Notes: generated from the letters alone by a model not told the origin. A DNA stretch of 64,000 bases from Candidatus Thorarchaeota archaeon (GCA_016933575.1 JAFGAR010000088.1:1-64000), one strand, 5' to 3'. Positions 38,941 to 48,999 are shown, counted from the stretch's first letter. Program-made: numbers and translations.

Positions 38941-39019
38941 ATTCAGTATTTTGTCTGCACGACTGCTAATAAGCCCCTAGAAAATTACGAGCATATATTG
39001 TGAAAAACTCACTTGAGAA

Positions 39020-39212
39020 TATGACAGGCATAACGAGTTTCCCAGTAGTGGGTCACTTCACCAAGGAACAACTCGAGGCAATTGATAAGGTCTTACAATT
39101 ATTAGACTCTGAGGAGTTCAGAGACTATCATGACCAATTTGGAGTATGTAATGCTCCGGATATTATTGACACGCTCAGACGAAGTGTCCAGCAGGCCCTT
39201 GAGAGAGTCTAG
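39020..39212 (+). CDS. Small hypothetical protein
   Basis: Short ORF (track 39000..39212), helical-looking; start uncertain, probably the MTGIT Met near 39020. Confidence 0.45.
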
Positions 39213-39217
39213 AGGTT

Positions 39218-39472
39218 TTAGACCAGTACAAAGTTTGGTGGAAAGAGCACAAAATACTCTATCACAATAGAGAGAAGAATTCCACTGAAGACTAGACCAC
39301 GTCCACGTTTCATATTCACCTCTGTAAACCAGAGTATTGCACCGATGAGAACAATGATGACCCCTGATATTTGGCCAATGAATATCAGGAAGTCCCAGAT
39401 TTCAATGAGATAAGCCCCAATCAATTGTGCAAAGTTTACCAATGGCGATTGCAATAGTAACGAGAGATCCAT
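39218..39472 (-). CDS. Small membrane protein
   Basis: 84 aa, two to three TM segments. Confidence 0.65.
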   Translation of the reverse strand: MDLSLLLQSPLVNFAQLIGAYLIEIWDFLIFIGQISGVIIVLIGAILWFTEVNMKRGRGLVFSGILLSIVIEYFVLFPPNFVLV

Positions 39473-39548
39473 GTACTCGACCCAGAAATCAGTGAGTCTC
39501 TGCTAATTTAAAGTCGTAGAGATACGGTGAGTAACAATCAAGAGAGAG

Positions 39549-39687
39549 TGGTGGGCCCGACGCGATGAATTCCAGTTGGGCAAATCCCATACTGTTTGAA
39601 CGCGCGATATCCGCCTTATCAGAGCGGCGCTATAATTGACTAAGGAAAACGAAGGTCGTTGACCTTTCCAGTCTAAGCCACGGGCCC
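39549..39687 (-). tRNA. tRNA-Ile(GAT) with two non-canonical introns (19/20: 39667-39636; 58/59: 39595-39567)
   Basis: Acceptor GGGCCCG/CGGGCCC-A-CCA, anticodon arm CCGCT-CT-GAT-AA-GGCGG; both insertions bounded by BHB motifs, removal restores the cloverleaf. Confidence 0.9.
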
Positions 39688-39760
39688 ATTGCATTCGTAG
39701 ACGGCTGCATATCGAAAGTGGATAAAAACGTTATGACTGTGTGTCAAACAAGAGATGCCT

Positions 39761-40657
39761 CTAGAGAACTTCTGGAACTATGTGTTTAATTTTGTCTAAT
39801 GATTCTTGGGCTTCAGACCTTGTAAGTTCAAAGATAATAGGCCCATCAAAGTCATCAGCAGATAAAGCTAGAAGGAATTCTCGAAGAACTTCATCACCCA
39901 TAATGCCACGACCAAGAGCAACATGATCCTCACGAGCTATTGCACCATCATATTCATGATAAATCCCATCTTGGAGATGTATCTCTATTATTCGATCCTT
40001 ATGGGTTGCATAGAACTCCATTACAGATTCATTTCCAGACATATGAGTAATCAGATGAGCTGTGTCAAAGCAGATGCTTGTATCAAGATCATCTATCATA
40101 TCCCGCGTAACGTCAAACGGAAACATACAATTCTCAATTGCTAGTCTTCGTGGTTTAATTTCTGTCTGCGTGATAATCTCTTCAATACTCTGCATGGAAA
40201 ATCCTGACAATAGCATACATATCAAACGAACCGTGTTATTTGAATATGGCAGGGTTGAGAATTCAGCAGCTAAAGCCCCAGTAGCATGTAAGACGTAAGC
40301 CTCTGGCTCCAGTCGTTCAGCCAGTCTTATGCACTCTACTTGACTCTTGACACTACCTTGACGTACTGGTTCATTGAAGGTCGCAAGTTCAATTGACCAG
40401 AAGGGAAGATGTATCGTATAAGCTAATCCAAGTTCATCCTTTAAATCTACGAGTTGATCAATTGCTTTTGGAGTAAAAATAGAATCGAGAATATATTGTG
40501 CATCCATTGAAATCTCTGCAACCGAAAATCCTGAAGTTGCAGTATCTCTTACCGGGTTGACTACATTGACCAGAGAGAAGTCTGGAATTCCATCGACTAT
40601 TACCTGTTGTGCAGTTGACTGAAAATCAAGAGCAGTTAGACCAAATCTAAAAGGCAT
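39761..40657 (-). CDS. Sugar-phosphate isomerase/AP endonuclease-2 TIM-barrel family protein
   Basis: IHLP, VLH, AIEN, CFDTAH, IHLQD, DH, IFE metal ligands. Confidence 0.8.
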   Translation of the reverse strand: MPFRFGLTALDFQSTAQQVIVDGIPDFSLVNVVNPVRDTATSGFSVAEISMDAQYILDSIFTPKAIDQLVDLKDELGLAYTIHLPFWSIELATFNEPVRQGSVKSQVECIRLAERLEPEAYVLHATGALAAEFSTLPYSNNTVRLICMLLSGFSMQSIEEIITQTEIKPRRLAIENCMFPFDVTRDMIDDLDTSICFDTAHLITHMSGNESVMEFYATHKDRIIEIHLQDGIYHEYDGAIAREDHVALGRGIMGDEVLREFLLALSADDFDGPIIFELTRSEAQESLDKIKHIVPEVL

Positions 40658-40690
40658 GTACCATCGACTCCTAGTTCACATTTAGAAGAT

Positions 40691-42934
40691 TCATTCTTCA
40701 ACATTAATTCTACCAGTTCCAACGCCTGTTACGATTCCAATTATAGATGCTTCAGAAACTCCCTGAGCCTTAAGGGATTCTACTAGGGTTTCAGCCCGAT
40801 TAACAGGCAGAGAGATCAGTAATCCGCCAGATGTCTGAGCATCTGCTAATAATAATTGAGTTGCTCTTGAGATACTATTGGCAAAGGCGACATATGGTTC
40901 TACATAGGCCAAGTTATTTATCGTACCACCGGGTACCACACCTGTTCCTGCTAAATCACGCGCCTCCTTCAAGATTGGAATAGCACTTACGTTGATTGAC
41001 ACATCCACGCGACTTCCAGCAGCCATCTCATACAAGTGTCCTAATAATCCAAAGCCGGTAATATCTGTGCAGGCGTTGACGCCAATTTGTGTCATTAGTT
41101 CTGCAGCCTGACGATTCAGTGTTGCCATGATCTTGGCAATTTTAGTCCTCGTCACTTCATCAAGTAGTCCTCGCTTGGCAGCTGTTGATAGGATGCCTAC
41201 GCCCAGAGGTTTGGTCAATATGAGAGCATCACCGGGTAGTGCAGTGCTGTTTCTTATGACTCTATCAGGATGGACTAGTCCTGTTACAGCAAGTCCATAC
41301 TTAGGTTCAGTATCATCAACGGTATGACCGCCAATGATACTTATTCCAGCCTCTGAAGCCTTGTCCTGAGCTCCACGTAAGATGTCTTGGAGAACCGAGA
41401 GAGGAAGACGGTTCGAGGGAAAACCTACAATGTTTAAGGCAAATAATGGTTTTGCCCCCATGGCATAAATATCACTTAGAGAGTTAGCTGCAGAAATTGC
41501 ACCAAACCAATAGGGGTCATCAACTATTGGAGTGAAAAAATCCACGGTTTCAACAATTGCTACATCATCACTAATCTTGTAGACTGCCGCATCATCAGAA
41601 GTTTCTACTCCAACTACTATTGCAGGATCAGATGGTAGTGAAAATCCCCGAAGCACTTCTTCTAGTGCTTGAGGTCTCAGTTTGCAGGCGCAGCCAAGAC
41701 CATGCGTATATCGGGTTAGTTTGTACTCACCAGATCCAATAGGAACTTCCAGTCTTAGTTCTGTGTCAAGAGGTTGTAATCGACGGACCGCCTCGATTAT
41801 GACTGGAGTTGCTCTATCAATATCATCTGTAGTGGTATCCCGACCCACTGAGAAACGAACTGTTCCCATAGCCCATTCTATAGGAACATGCATGGCTTCA
41901 AGTACTGCGGAAACATCAACTTTATCCGCATGGCAGGCAGCGCCCGCAGAGGCTGCAACTCGGTCATTTATCTCTGAGAGAAGTGTATTGGCCTCTACAC
42001 CTTTAAAACTGACACTCAATGTATTTGGTAAGCGTAACTCAGGATGACCATTGGTCTTGATAGCATCACTGCCCAGCTCTTTGACAAGTTGCTGGGAGAG
42101 TCTATCACGCATCTCACTGAATTGCAGCATATTAGTATTCAAATCACGTGATGCTATCTCACAAGCTTTTCCAAGCCCTACAATTAGAAGAACATTCTCA
42201 GTACCTGGACGCTTCGCACCCTCTTGTCCAGCTCCATGCATGAGCAGATTCAACTTAATACCCTCACGTATGTAGAGAGCACCTACACCTTTGGGAGCAT
42301 AGAGCTTGTGTCCAGCAATTGATAGTAAGTCAACACCAAGATCGTCTACCATTACTGGTATTTTCCCTACAGACTGGGCAGCATCGGTATGAATCAATGC
42401 ACCATGTCTATGTGCAATCTTTGCTAACTCCTGAATTGGCTGAATTGTACCTACTTCGTTATTTGCATGCATGATAGTGACAAGAATAGTATCCGAGGTG
42501 ATTGATTCCTCCAAATCCAATGGGTTTACAAGACCATATTCATCAACGGGAAGAATTGTGATTCGGAACCCCTGATCCTTTAGCCAAGAACAGACCTCAA
42601 CCACAGCAGGGTGTTCTACTGCAGAAGTAATGATATGATTACCTCGTTCACGATAGGCTAGAGCTACTCCTTTGATTGCATAGTTGTTGCTCTCTGTTCC
42701 ACCACTAGTAAAGATAATCTCTGATTGTTGACAACCAATTAATGACCCCACTTGAGACCGTGCAGTTTCCACAGCTCTCTTAGCAACAGATCCATAGGGA
42801 TGATTACTTGATGGATTCCCAAAGTGCTCATACAAATAGGGAGTCATAGTCTCAGCCACCTCTCGAGCAATCGGCGTCGTAGCATTATAGTCAAGATAGA
42901 TTGGTTTCTTATTCGACATGGAGTCACTCACCAA
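40691..42934 (-). CDS. selD: Cysteine desulfurase/selenocysteine lyase (NifS) - selenophosphate synthetase (SelD) fusion
   Basis: N-half YLDYNATTP, HTDAAQ, AGHKLYAPKG, SAGAACH; C-half GCACK, DDAAV, VDFFTP, NSLSDIYAMG, GGHT, DITGFGLLGH, QTSGGLL; one continuous ORF. Confidence 0.93.
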   Translation of the reverse strand: MVSDSMSNKKPIYLDYNATTPIAREVAETMTPYLYEHFGNPSSNHPYGSVAKRAVETARSQVGSLIGCQQSEIIFTSGGTESNNYAIKGVALAYRERGNHIITSAVEHPAVVEVCSWLKDQGFRITILPVDEYGLVNPLDLEESITSDTILVTIMHANNEVGTIQPIQELAKIAHRHGALIHTDAAQSVGKIPVMVDDLGVDLLSIAGHKLYAPKGVGALYIREGIKLNLLMHGAGQEGAKRPGTENVLLIVGLGKACEIASRDLNTNMLQFSEMRDRLSQQLVKELGSDAIKTNGHPELRLPNTLSVSFKGVEANTLLSEINDRVAASAGAACHADKVDVSAVLEAMHVPIEWAMGTVRFSVGRDTTTDDIDRATPVIIEAVRRLQPLDTELRLEVPIGSGEYKLTRYTHGLGCACKLRPQALEEVLRGFSLPSDPAIVVGVETSDDAAVYKISDDVAIVETVDFFTPIVDDPYWFGAISAANSLSDIYAMGAKPLFALNIVGFPSNRLPLSVLQDILRGAQDKASEAGISIIGGHTVDDTEPKYGLAVTGLVHPDRVIRNSTALPGDALILTKPLGVGILSTAAKRGLLDEVTRTKIAKIMATLNRQAAELMTQIGVNACTDITGFGLLGHLYEMAAGSRVDVSINVSAIPILKEARDLAGTGVVPGGTINNLAYVEPYVAFANSISRATQLLLADAQTSGGLLISLPVNRAETLVESLKAQGVSEASIIGIVTGVGTGRINVEE

Positions 42935-43099
42935 GAGAACAGGTTACTGTCCGGATAGCTCTAAACACAACCTTTCAATCTTACGAATGGACTGTGTACC
43001 AATAGTTCAAAAGGTTGAGGAATTATCAAGTTGGATAGAATATACTATCTTATGAAAGACATATACATCGCTATGTATTGACATAGAGAGGCGATTCTA

Positions 43100-43771
43100 A
43101 TGGGAATTACAATAAAGTGCATGGCGCATGCTACCTTCAAGATAAAGACAGAGAAACAGGTCATCTACATTGACCCAACAACCAAAGGTACAGGTCTCAA
43201 GAAAGACCACTTCGAACCAGCAGACCTGATTTTGGTTACTCATGGACATCAGGACCATTTTGACAAAGACTTACTCAAAAAAATCCGCAAACTTGGATCT
43301 CCAGTGATTGCACCACTAAATCTTCAGAAAGAGATGAAGGGGATTCCAATGTGGGATCTGAGCGAAGGTCAATTCATGAAGATGGCTGATGGTTCTGCAA
43401 CTATATGGGCTGTACCAGCATATAATGTGAAACGGTTCAAGTCTCCAGGTAATCCATTTCATCCAAAGGGATATGGACTTGGATATATCATTAAGATTGA
43501 CGACAAGAAGATCTATCATGCTGGGGATACTGATCTTATTCCAGAGATGGAAAAAATCACTGATATTGATGTTGCTCTCTTGCCCAGTGGAGACACATAT
43601 ACCATGGATAATATGGAGGCCGCAGAAGCAGCCATACTCATCAAACCAAAGGTCGCAATTCCAATGCATTTGAAAGACTCCAATCCCGAGGTCTTCAAGA
43701 ATGAAGTGGAAGCAAAATCATCCACAAAAGTTGTTATTCTCCGAAATGGAGAAGAATACACCCTCGAATAG
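43100..43771 (+). CDS. Metallo-beta-lactamase fold hydrolase
   Basis: THGHQDH, YHAGDT, PMH. Confidence 0.9.
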   Translation: MGITIKCMAHATFKIKTEKQVIYIDPTTKGTGLKKDHFEPADLILVTHGHQDHFDKDLLKKIRKLGSPVIAPLNLQKEMKGIPMWDLSEGQFMKMADGSATIWAVPAYNVKRFKSPGNPFHPKGYGLGYIIKIDDKKIYHAGDTDLIPEMEKITDIDVALLPSGDTYTMDNMEAAEAAILIKPKVAIPMHLKDSNPEVFKNEVEAKSSTKVVILRNGEEYTLE

Positions 43772-43774
43772 ATG

Positions 43775-43810
43775 GAACAGGAGAGTAGTCTCCTGTTCAA
43801 CTATTTTTTT
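43775..43810 (+). terminator. Hairpin plus U-tract between convergent genes
   Basis: 10-bp stem GAACAGGAGA/TCTCCTGTTC then TTTTTTT. Confidence 0.65.
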
Positions 43811-43813
43811 AGA

Positions 43814-44311
43814 TTATCTCCAAGATTTTAGTTTCTGAAGTTCGTGCGCCTCGATATTGGGGTCAACCTCGAGCACTTCTACCTTTAGCATCTTATCACC
43901 TTGTTTTATCTGTTGGACCACATCAAAGCCTTCGATAGTCTGACCGAAGACTGTATGTCGACCATCGAGATGCTTTGTATTTTTCTCATCAAGAACGATA
44001 AAAAACTGGCTACCTCCAGTGTCCCTTCCTGCGTGCGCCATCGAGAATGCGCCAACTCTATGTTTTTGTTTCTGACCCCGTGTTTCACAGGGAATTGCAT
44101 ACCCAGGTCCTCCAGAACCAGTACCAGTTGGGTCGCCTCCTTGTATCACAAAATTGTCTACAACTCTGTGAAAAGTCAAACCATCATAGTACCCACTCTG
44201 GGCTAAAGTCACGAAATTCTTGACAGTATTGATTGCATCATCATTCCAAAACTCAGCAATAATATCGCCACGATTTGTTTGAATCTTAACCTTTGTTGCC
44301 ACATCAAACAC
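43814..44311 (-). CDS. Cyclophilin-type peptidyl-prolyl isomerase
   Basis: FHRVV..FVIQGGDP, SMAHAG, GSQFFI, HLDGRHTVFG. Confidence 0.95.
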   Translation of the reverse strand: MFDVATKVKIQTNRGDIIAEFWNDDAINTVKNFVTLAQSGYYDGLTFHRVVDNFVIQGGDPTGTGSGGPGYAIPCETRGQKQKHRVGAFSMAHAGRDTGGSQFFIVLDEKNTKHLDGRHTVFGQTIEGFDVVQQIKQGDKMLKVEVLEVDPNIEAHELQKLKSWR

Positions 44312-44442
44312 CTAGACATGTATTGAACGAACTCAATCGCCCTTTCAGGACTGCTTGTACCATTCCTCTTAGGCATTCCGGAAGCGCATTTTTCAGGTCC
44401 AGCCTATCGGCTTATTAGGAAATTCTAGGAGTGAGAAAATAG

Positions 44443-45648
44443 ATGACAGTCGAGAGAGAATATACCGAGGGTAGAACAACCTTCCTCAGTGCAGATGTTG
44501 ATCACTATAGAGGTGATAAGAACCAAGTAACTGCAAGTATGCCAGTCTTCTATAATCCTCGAATGCGATTGAATAGAGATATTTCGGTCATTCTTTTCTC
44601 TGCGTATTTGAAGAGTAATCCTGTAGAAGTGATGTGTGAACCACTTACTGGGTCTGGTGTCAGAACGCTACGATATCTGAATGAATGTAATGATGCTATG
44701 ACTGCAAAGATGTTTGATGTTAATCCAAATGCAATAGATATCGCGCGAAGGAATATCAAACGTCTAGGATTTGAAGACAGAGCTCAGGTCATCAAGGGCG
44801 ATGCTAAACTCTTGCTAATGTCAGAATCCAGAGAGAAACGATTTGATTATGTTGATGTTGATCCCTTTGGTACTCCAGCACTCTATCTAAATGCAGCCAT
44901 CCAGTCTCTGAACCCAGATGGAGGGTTGCTTGCTCTAACTGCAACAGATATGCCTGTACTCTGCGGTTCATATCAAAAAGTGGCTCTGCGGCGATATGGC
45001 GGATTCTCACTAAAGGCTCCATTTGTTCATGAGGTTGCAATTCGTCTTCTTCAAGGTCTGGCATTTCGATTAGCGGGACTCAATGATGCTTCAATGAAGC
45101 CCATTGCAGTTCTGAGTACTGACCATTATGTTAGAACTTGGGTACGGATTGAAGCGGACAGAAAGGAATCAAATAGACAATCAGAAAGAATTGGGATAAT
45201 CAGATACTGTCAAGGATGTATGAAGACGGAAACACATCCACTCACACCAATTAGGGATGAAACATATTTTGAACATGCAATTAATGACTGTAAAGGTCCA
45301 ATACGAGAAGCAGGCCCACTGTGGATTGGTGACTTGTTCAATGGGAAGATACTCGAGCATGCTTGGGAGATATTTAGTCAAGAAGAAACGAGTATCTATC
45401 ATAGACGCGTTTCGAGAATTCTAGAAGAAATGAGAGAGGAGGATGAGTTGATACGATTTCCGTTTCTTGATATACATGCACTATGTGACTTGCATAATCT
45501 CACGCCTCCCAAGAACAGTGCCATTATAGAATACCTCAAGAACGCTGGATATAGAGTGTCCAGAACGCACTTCACGCCAACTGCAATCAGAACGGATGCT
45601 CCAACTCAAGAGATTGTATCATCGATTAGAAATCTAATAGGAAAGTGA
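44443..45648 (+). CDS. trm1: tRNA (guanine-26-N2)-dimethyltransferase
   Basis: VFYNPRM..NRD, GSGVR, DVDPFG, TATD, GPLW, SRTHF. Confidence 0.93.
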   Translation: MTVEREYTEGRTTFLSADVDHYRGDKNQVTASMPVFYNPRMRLNRDISVILFSAYLKSNPVEVMCEPLTGSGVRTLRYLNECNDAMTAKMFDVNPNAIDIARRNIKRLGFEDRAQVIKGDAKLLLMSESREKRFDYVDVDPFGTPALYLNAAIQSLNPDGGLLALTATDMPVLCGSYQKVALRRYGGFSLKAPFVHEVAIRLLQGLAFRLAGLNDASMKPIAVLSTDHYVRTWVRIEADRKESNRQSERIGIIRYCQGCMKTETHPLTPIRDETYFEHAINDCKGPIREAGPLWIGDLFNGKILEHAWEIFSQEETSIYHRRVSRILEEMREEDELIRFPFLDIHALCDLHNLTPPKNSAIIEYLKNAGYRVSRTHFTPTAIRTDAPTQEIVSSIRNLIGK

Positions 45649-45656
45649 GAGAATAA

Positions 45657-46289
45657 ATGCCAAGAAAAACAGAAGGAGAGCGTCGTAGGAGTGACCCATA
45701 CTATAAAGCAGCCAAAAAACAAGGATATCGAAGTAGATCAGCTTACAAGATAAAACAAATGGCAAAGAATAACAAAATTCTACAAGGCGTTGACGTTGTT
45801 CTCGAACTCTGCAGTGCACCAGGAGGTTGGACGCAGGTCTTACGCGAGCTTGATAATACTCTGCGTATAGTAGCAATTGATCTTGATGCGATGCAATCAG
45901 TTCAGGGGGTACATTTCATTCAAGGAAGTATCCTTGATGATGATGTGATTAAAAAGGCAGAAGATTTGACTGGAGGGGCTTTCGATTTGGTGCTATCTGA
46001 CTGCTCCCCCAAGGTATCAGGACAGTGGGAGCTTGATGTTGTGAGACAGTTAGAGTTAGCAGAACGTACTTTTAAGATTGGACAGAGAGTGCTAGGTCCA
46101 AATGGAAAAGCTCTTGCCAAGGTATTCCAAGGAAAAGGGTTTCAAGATTTTATCAAGAACATCAAAGAGATGTTCAACACTGTAAAGCTGATCAAGCCTC
46201 CAGCATCACGAAAATCAAGTGCGGAGATATACCTTCTAGCTACTGGACCACGCAAGGAACAGGCAATTGAAGAGAACAAAGACATTTAG
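45657..46289 (+). CDS. rlmE: 23S rRNA 2'-O-methyltransferase RlmE/FtsJ
   Basis: YRSRSAYK, APGGW, LSD, KVF, KPPASR..SAE (K-D-K-E tetrad). Confidence 0.93.
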   Translation: MPRKTEGERRRSDPYYKAAKKQGYRSRSAYKIKQMAKNNKILQGVDVVLELCSAPGGWTQVLRELDNTLRIVAIDLDAMQSVQGVHFIQGSILDDDVIKKAEDLTGGAFDLVLSDCSPKVSGQWELDVVRQLELAERTFKIGQRVLGPNGKALAKVFQGKGFQDFIKNIKEMFNTVKLIKPPASRKSSAEIYLLATGPRKEQAIEENKDI

Positions 46290-46633
46290 TTGATGTCTGC
46301 GCCTAACCAGTCTTCTAAGTCTCGACAGGTGACTGGAGATTCTGGTTGTCTAACACCACAACGACTAATTTTCAAACAGTGAAAACAGGGGCAGCCATTC
46401 ATGTCAGTTAGACCACTAGGCTCGGAGTCTTCAGTGAGTACTGTCCGTACAACATATCTTTCGGTTTCGGTTTCTTGTTTCTGCATTATTCTTCCCTCGG
46501 ACATCAGAGCCTTTAGAGCTGACGTGATTTGTTCGGGGTCAATACCAAGCTTATCCAAAAGGTCAGCGACGCTTAGACCATCTTTGCTTGCGCTTTCTAA
46601 TTCACTTAGAATCTGGTCAGTTACATCGTTCAT
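46286..46633 (-). CDS. TFE-beta/RPC34-like protein (wHTH + Fe-S cluster)
   Basis: N-terminal wHTH, C-terminal CPCFHC-x5-C-x10-C..L.DW; ATG 46633. Confidence 0.8.
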   Translation of the reverse strand: MNDVTDQILSELESASKDGLSVADLLDKLGIDPEQITSALKALMSEGRIMQKQETETERYVVRTVLTEDSEPSGLTDMNGCPCFHCLKISRCGVRQPESPVTCRDLEDWLGADIN

Positions 46634-46761
46634 GGATACGACCCTTGAATAAACACATGGCAACATCGGACGAAGTACACAGACCGATATTTAACTATCG
46701 GAAGCTACACGACATAATCGGCAAACGTCGTAGAATAAATAGCACGGATGTACAGTTGTGT

Positions 46762-47001
46762 TCATTGGCTTTTTTGCATGTAGAGCATTTGTCCAATGAG
46801 TTGACTAGTATCATAATCCCTGTTTGGGCGAATAGCAACATAGGGATTCTGTACAGGTCCGAAGACGTCCATAATTTTACCGACTATCTGTGCCTTCTTA
46901 TCCATCACAACGGACTTGTCACCTACAGGAGGAGTCTTCTCTGTTTTGACAATGATGGATCCACGATTTGATATGTGGAGGACTGTACCTAATCGTCGCA
47001 T
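46762..47001 (-). CDS. gar1: H/ACA RNP protein Gar1
   Basis: MRRLGTVLH...VGKIMDVFGPV.NPY. Confidence 0.9.
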   Translation of the reverse strand: MRRLGTVLHISNRGSIIVKTEKTPPVGDKSVVMDKKAQIVGKIMDVFGPVQNPYVAIRPNRDYDTSQLIGQMLYMQKSQ

Positions 47002-47025
47002 TTATGTGACCTCCGACAAGATTGA

Positions 47026-47382
47026 TTATCTTCTACGTTTCTGTTTCTTGTTCTTTTTCGATTCTAGTGCCTGTCTGGTAGATTCGCGTTGAGCAACAGC
47101 TCTTCGAACACTCTTTGCTAGCATGAGCATGATTCTCTTCTTCTTATGACCTTCCTCGTTAGTGAGAACCAGATATCCCTTCTTTTCACTCCAATTACGA
47201 GGATATCTCTTGTCACGCTCCACCTCGAAGTCAAATCCGGATTGCTCTGCTGCCTCAGCAAGGATATCTATGTTAATATCTGAAGCAGCAAGATTGCTTG
47301 GCAATCTACGACCTTGGAGTCGGGTATAGTTCTTCTCAAAGTAAGCTGGCCAGAATATGAGCTTACCACTCTGTTTTCTCAT
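47026..47382 (-). CDS. srp19: Signal recognition particle protein SRP19
   Basis: IFWPAYF...TR.QGRR, KRYPR.W...G. Confidence 0.92.
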   Translation of the reverse strand: MRKQSGKLIFWPAYFEKNYTRLQGRRLPSNLAASDINIDILAEAAEQSGFDFEVERDKRYPRNWSEKKGYLVLTNEEGHKKKRIMLMLAKSVRRAVAQRESTRQALESKKNKKQKRRR

Positions 47383-47538
47383 TCTGTAAGCATCCGTCTT
47401 TCGATATTGATAGTCTATCTGTTCTACTTTTTACCTTTCCCATGGAAATCTAAAGGAGATCATTCGGGCATCCCGATGGGGAACTTCTTAAGCAGCTACA
47501 TTGGACTATGAGATTATCGAAGAAAGGATGATTGCCAC

Positions 47539-48024
47539 TTGAATAGAAAGAGCAAGGATGTTTATTTTTCTGAGATAGCGGACTTGGTATCATCAAGAAG
47601 TACTTGTCTTAGAAACCAAGTCGGTGCTGTGATAGTAAAAGAATCACAAATTCTGAGCACGGGATATAATGGCGCCCCAAAAGGACTTCCTCATTGTTCA
47701 GAGGTTGGTTGTCTGAGAGATCAACTGGGTGTTAAACCTGGGGAACGTCATGAACTATGTAGAGGACTTCATGCAGAACAGAATGCAATAATCCAAGCAG
47801 CCTATCATGGTGTTAGTGTGCGAGGGTCCAAGATGTATTGTACAACAAAACCTTGCAGCATTTGTACTAAGATGATAATAAATGCTGGAATTGAAGAGAT
47901 CATCTATAATGAGGAGTATGAAGATACTCTAGCAGCACAATTATTGAAAGAGTCGGCACTCGTTCTTAGGAAAGTAGAGATTCCTAGGCAGTATGGAAGA
48001 AACAGCAAGAAAACAGAGATCTGA
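47539..48024 (+). CDS. dCMP deaminase family protein
   Basis: RSTCLR..VGA, TGYNG, HAEQNA, PCSIC. Confidence 0.92.
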   Translation: MNRKSKDVYFSEIADLVSSRSTCLRNQVGAVIVKESQILSTGYNGAPKGLPHCSEVGCLRDQLGVKPGERHELCRGLHAEQNAIIQAAYHGVSVRGSKMYCTTKPCSICTKMIINAGIEEIIYNEEYEDTLAAQLLKESALVLRKVEIPRQYGRNSKKTEI

Positions 48025-48084
48025 ATTATCTGGAAACCTTAAAGAGTGACTTACTTCCAGATTTAGTCCCAGGTGCAATAACAC

Positions 48085-48999
48085 ATGGGTGAACTCCGAA
48101 ATCTCATCAGTATGAAGGACTTGGATAGAAAGCAGATTGACCATATTCTTGATGTTTCAAGTAAGATGGAAGATGTTGCTATAAAACGGAGTAAGGATCT
48201 TGAGTCTAAGATAATGGCTGTACTGTTTTTTGAACCATCAACTCGCACACGCCTCTCATTTGAAAGTGCTATGTTGCGTCTTGGGGGGAGTGTTCTGGGG
48301 TTTGCAGAAGCAACGACCTCAAGTGCTGGAGGAAAGGGAGAAACCCTTGCAGATACGATTAGAACCGTCGAGAGATATGCAGATATCATAGTAATTAGAC
48401 ATCCATTGGACGGGTCAGCCAGAGTAGCTGCTGAATTCTCAAGCATACCAGTGATTAATGCAGGAAGTGGTTCCGAGGAACACCCAACACAGGCACTATT
48501 GGACCTATATTCGATAAAGAAATTCAAAGGGAGCATTGATGGTCTATCAATATCTCTGTGTGGAGACCTAAAGTATGGTCGAACAGTTCATTCTCTGGGA
48601 ATGGCACTCACAAATTATAATGTAAGCATTAAACTTGCGGCTCCACAAATGTTGAGAATGAAGCCTGCAGTGATTGAGGATATGAGAAAAGCTGGAGCAG
48701 AGGTCATAGAAGTAGACAGTGTTGAAGAGGCAGTGAAAGACGTAGATGTAATTTATATGACACGAATTCAGAAGGAACGATTCCCAGATCCACGTGAGTA
48801 TGATAAAGTGGTTGGGCGATTCAGTATCACAGCCGATGATGCACCTCTGATGCGGGATGATGCGATTGTTCTACATCCACTCCCACGTGTGGATGAATTA
48901 AGTGCAGATTTGGATGGCCTTCCTCAGGCAAGGTATTTTGATCAGGTCTACAATGGAGTCATTCTCAGAATGGCAATCCTCAAGATGATTCTTGGTTAG
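48085..48999 (+). CDS. pyrB: Aspartate carbamoyltransferase catalytic subunit
   Basis: FFEPSTRTRLSFE, HPTQ, GDLKYGRT, RIQKER, HPLPR. Confidence 0.97.
   Translation: MGELRNLISMKDLDRKQIDHILDVSSKMEDVAIKRSKDLESKIMAVLFFEPSTRTRLSFESAMLRLGGSVLGFAEATTSSAGGKGETLADTIRTVERYADIIVIRHPLDGSARVAAEFSSIPVINAGSGSEEHPTQALLDLYSIKKFKGSIDGLSISLCGDLKYGRTVHSLGMALTNYNVSIKLAAPQMLRMKPAVIEDMRKAGAEVIEVDSVEEAVKDVDVIYMTRIQKERFPDPREYDKVVGRFSITADDAPLMRDDAIVLHPLPRVDELSADLDGLPQARYFDQVYNGVILRMAILKMILG

Noticed and set aside
39503-39694. ORF-track entries over tRNA loci (39503..39694; also 49742..50095, 49761..50006, 4146..4622)
   Set aside because: They overlap intron-containing or intact tRNA genes and have no protein features
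41682-41696. Selenocysteine codon in the SelD active site
   Set aside because: Codons are TGC (Cys), not TGA
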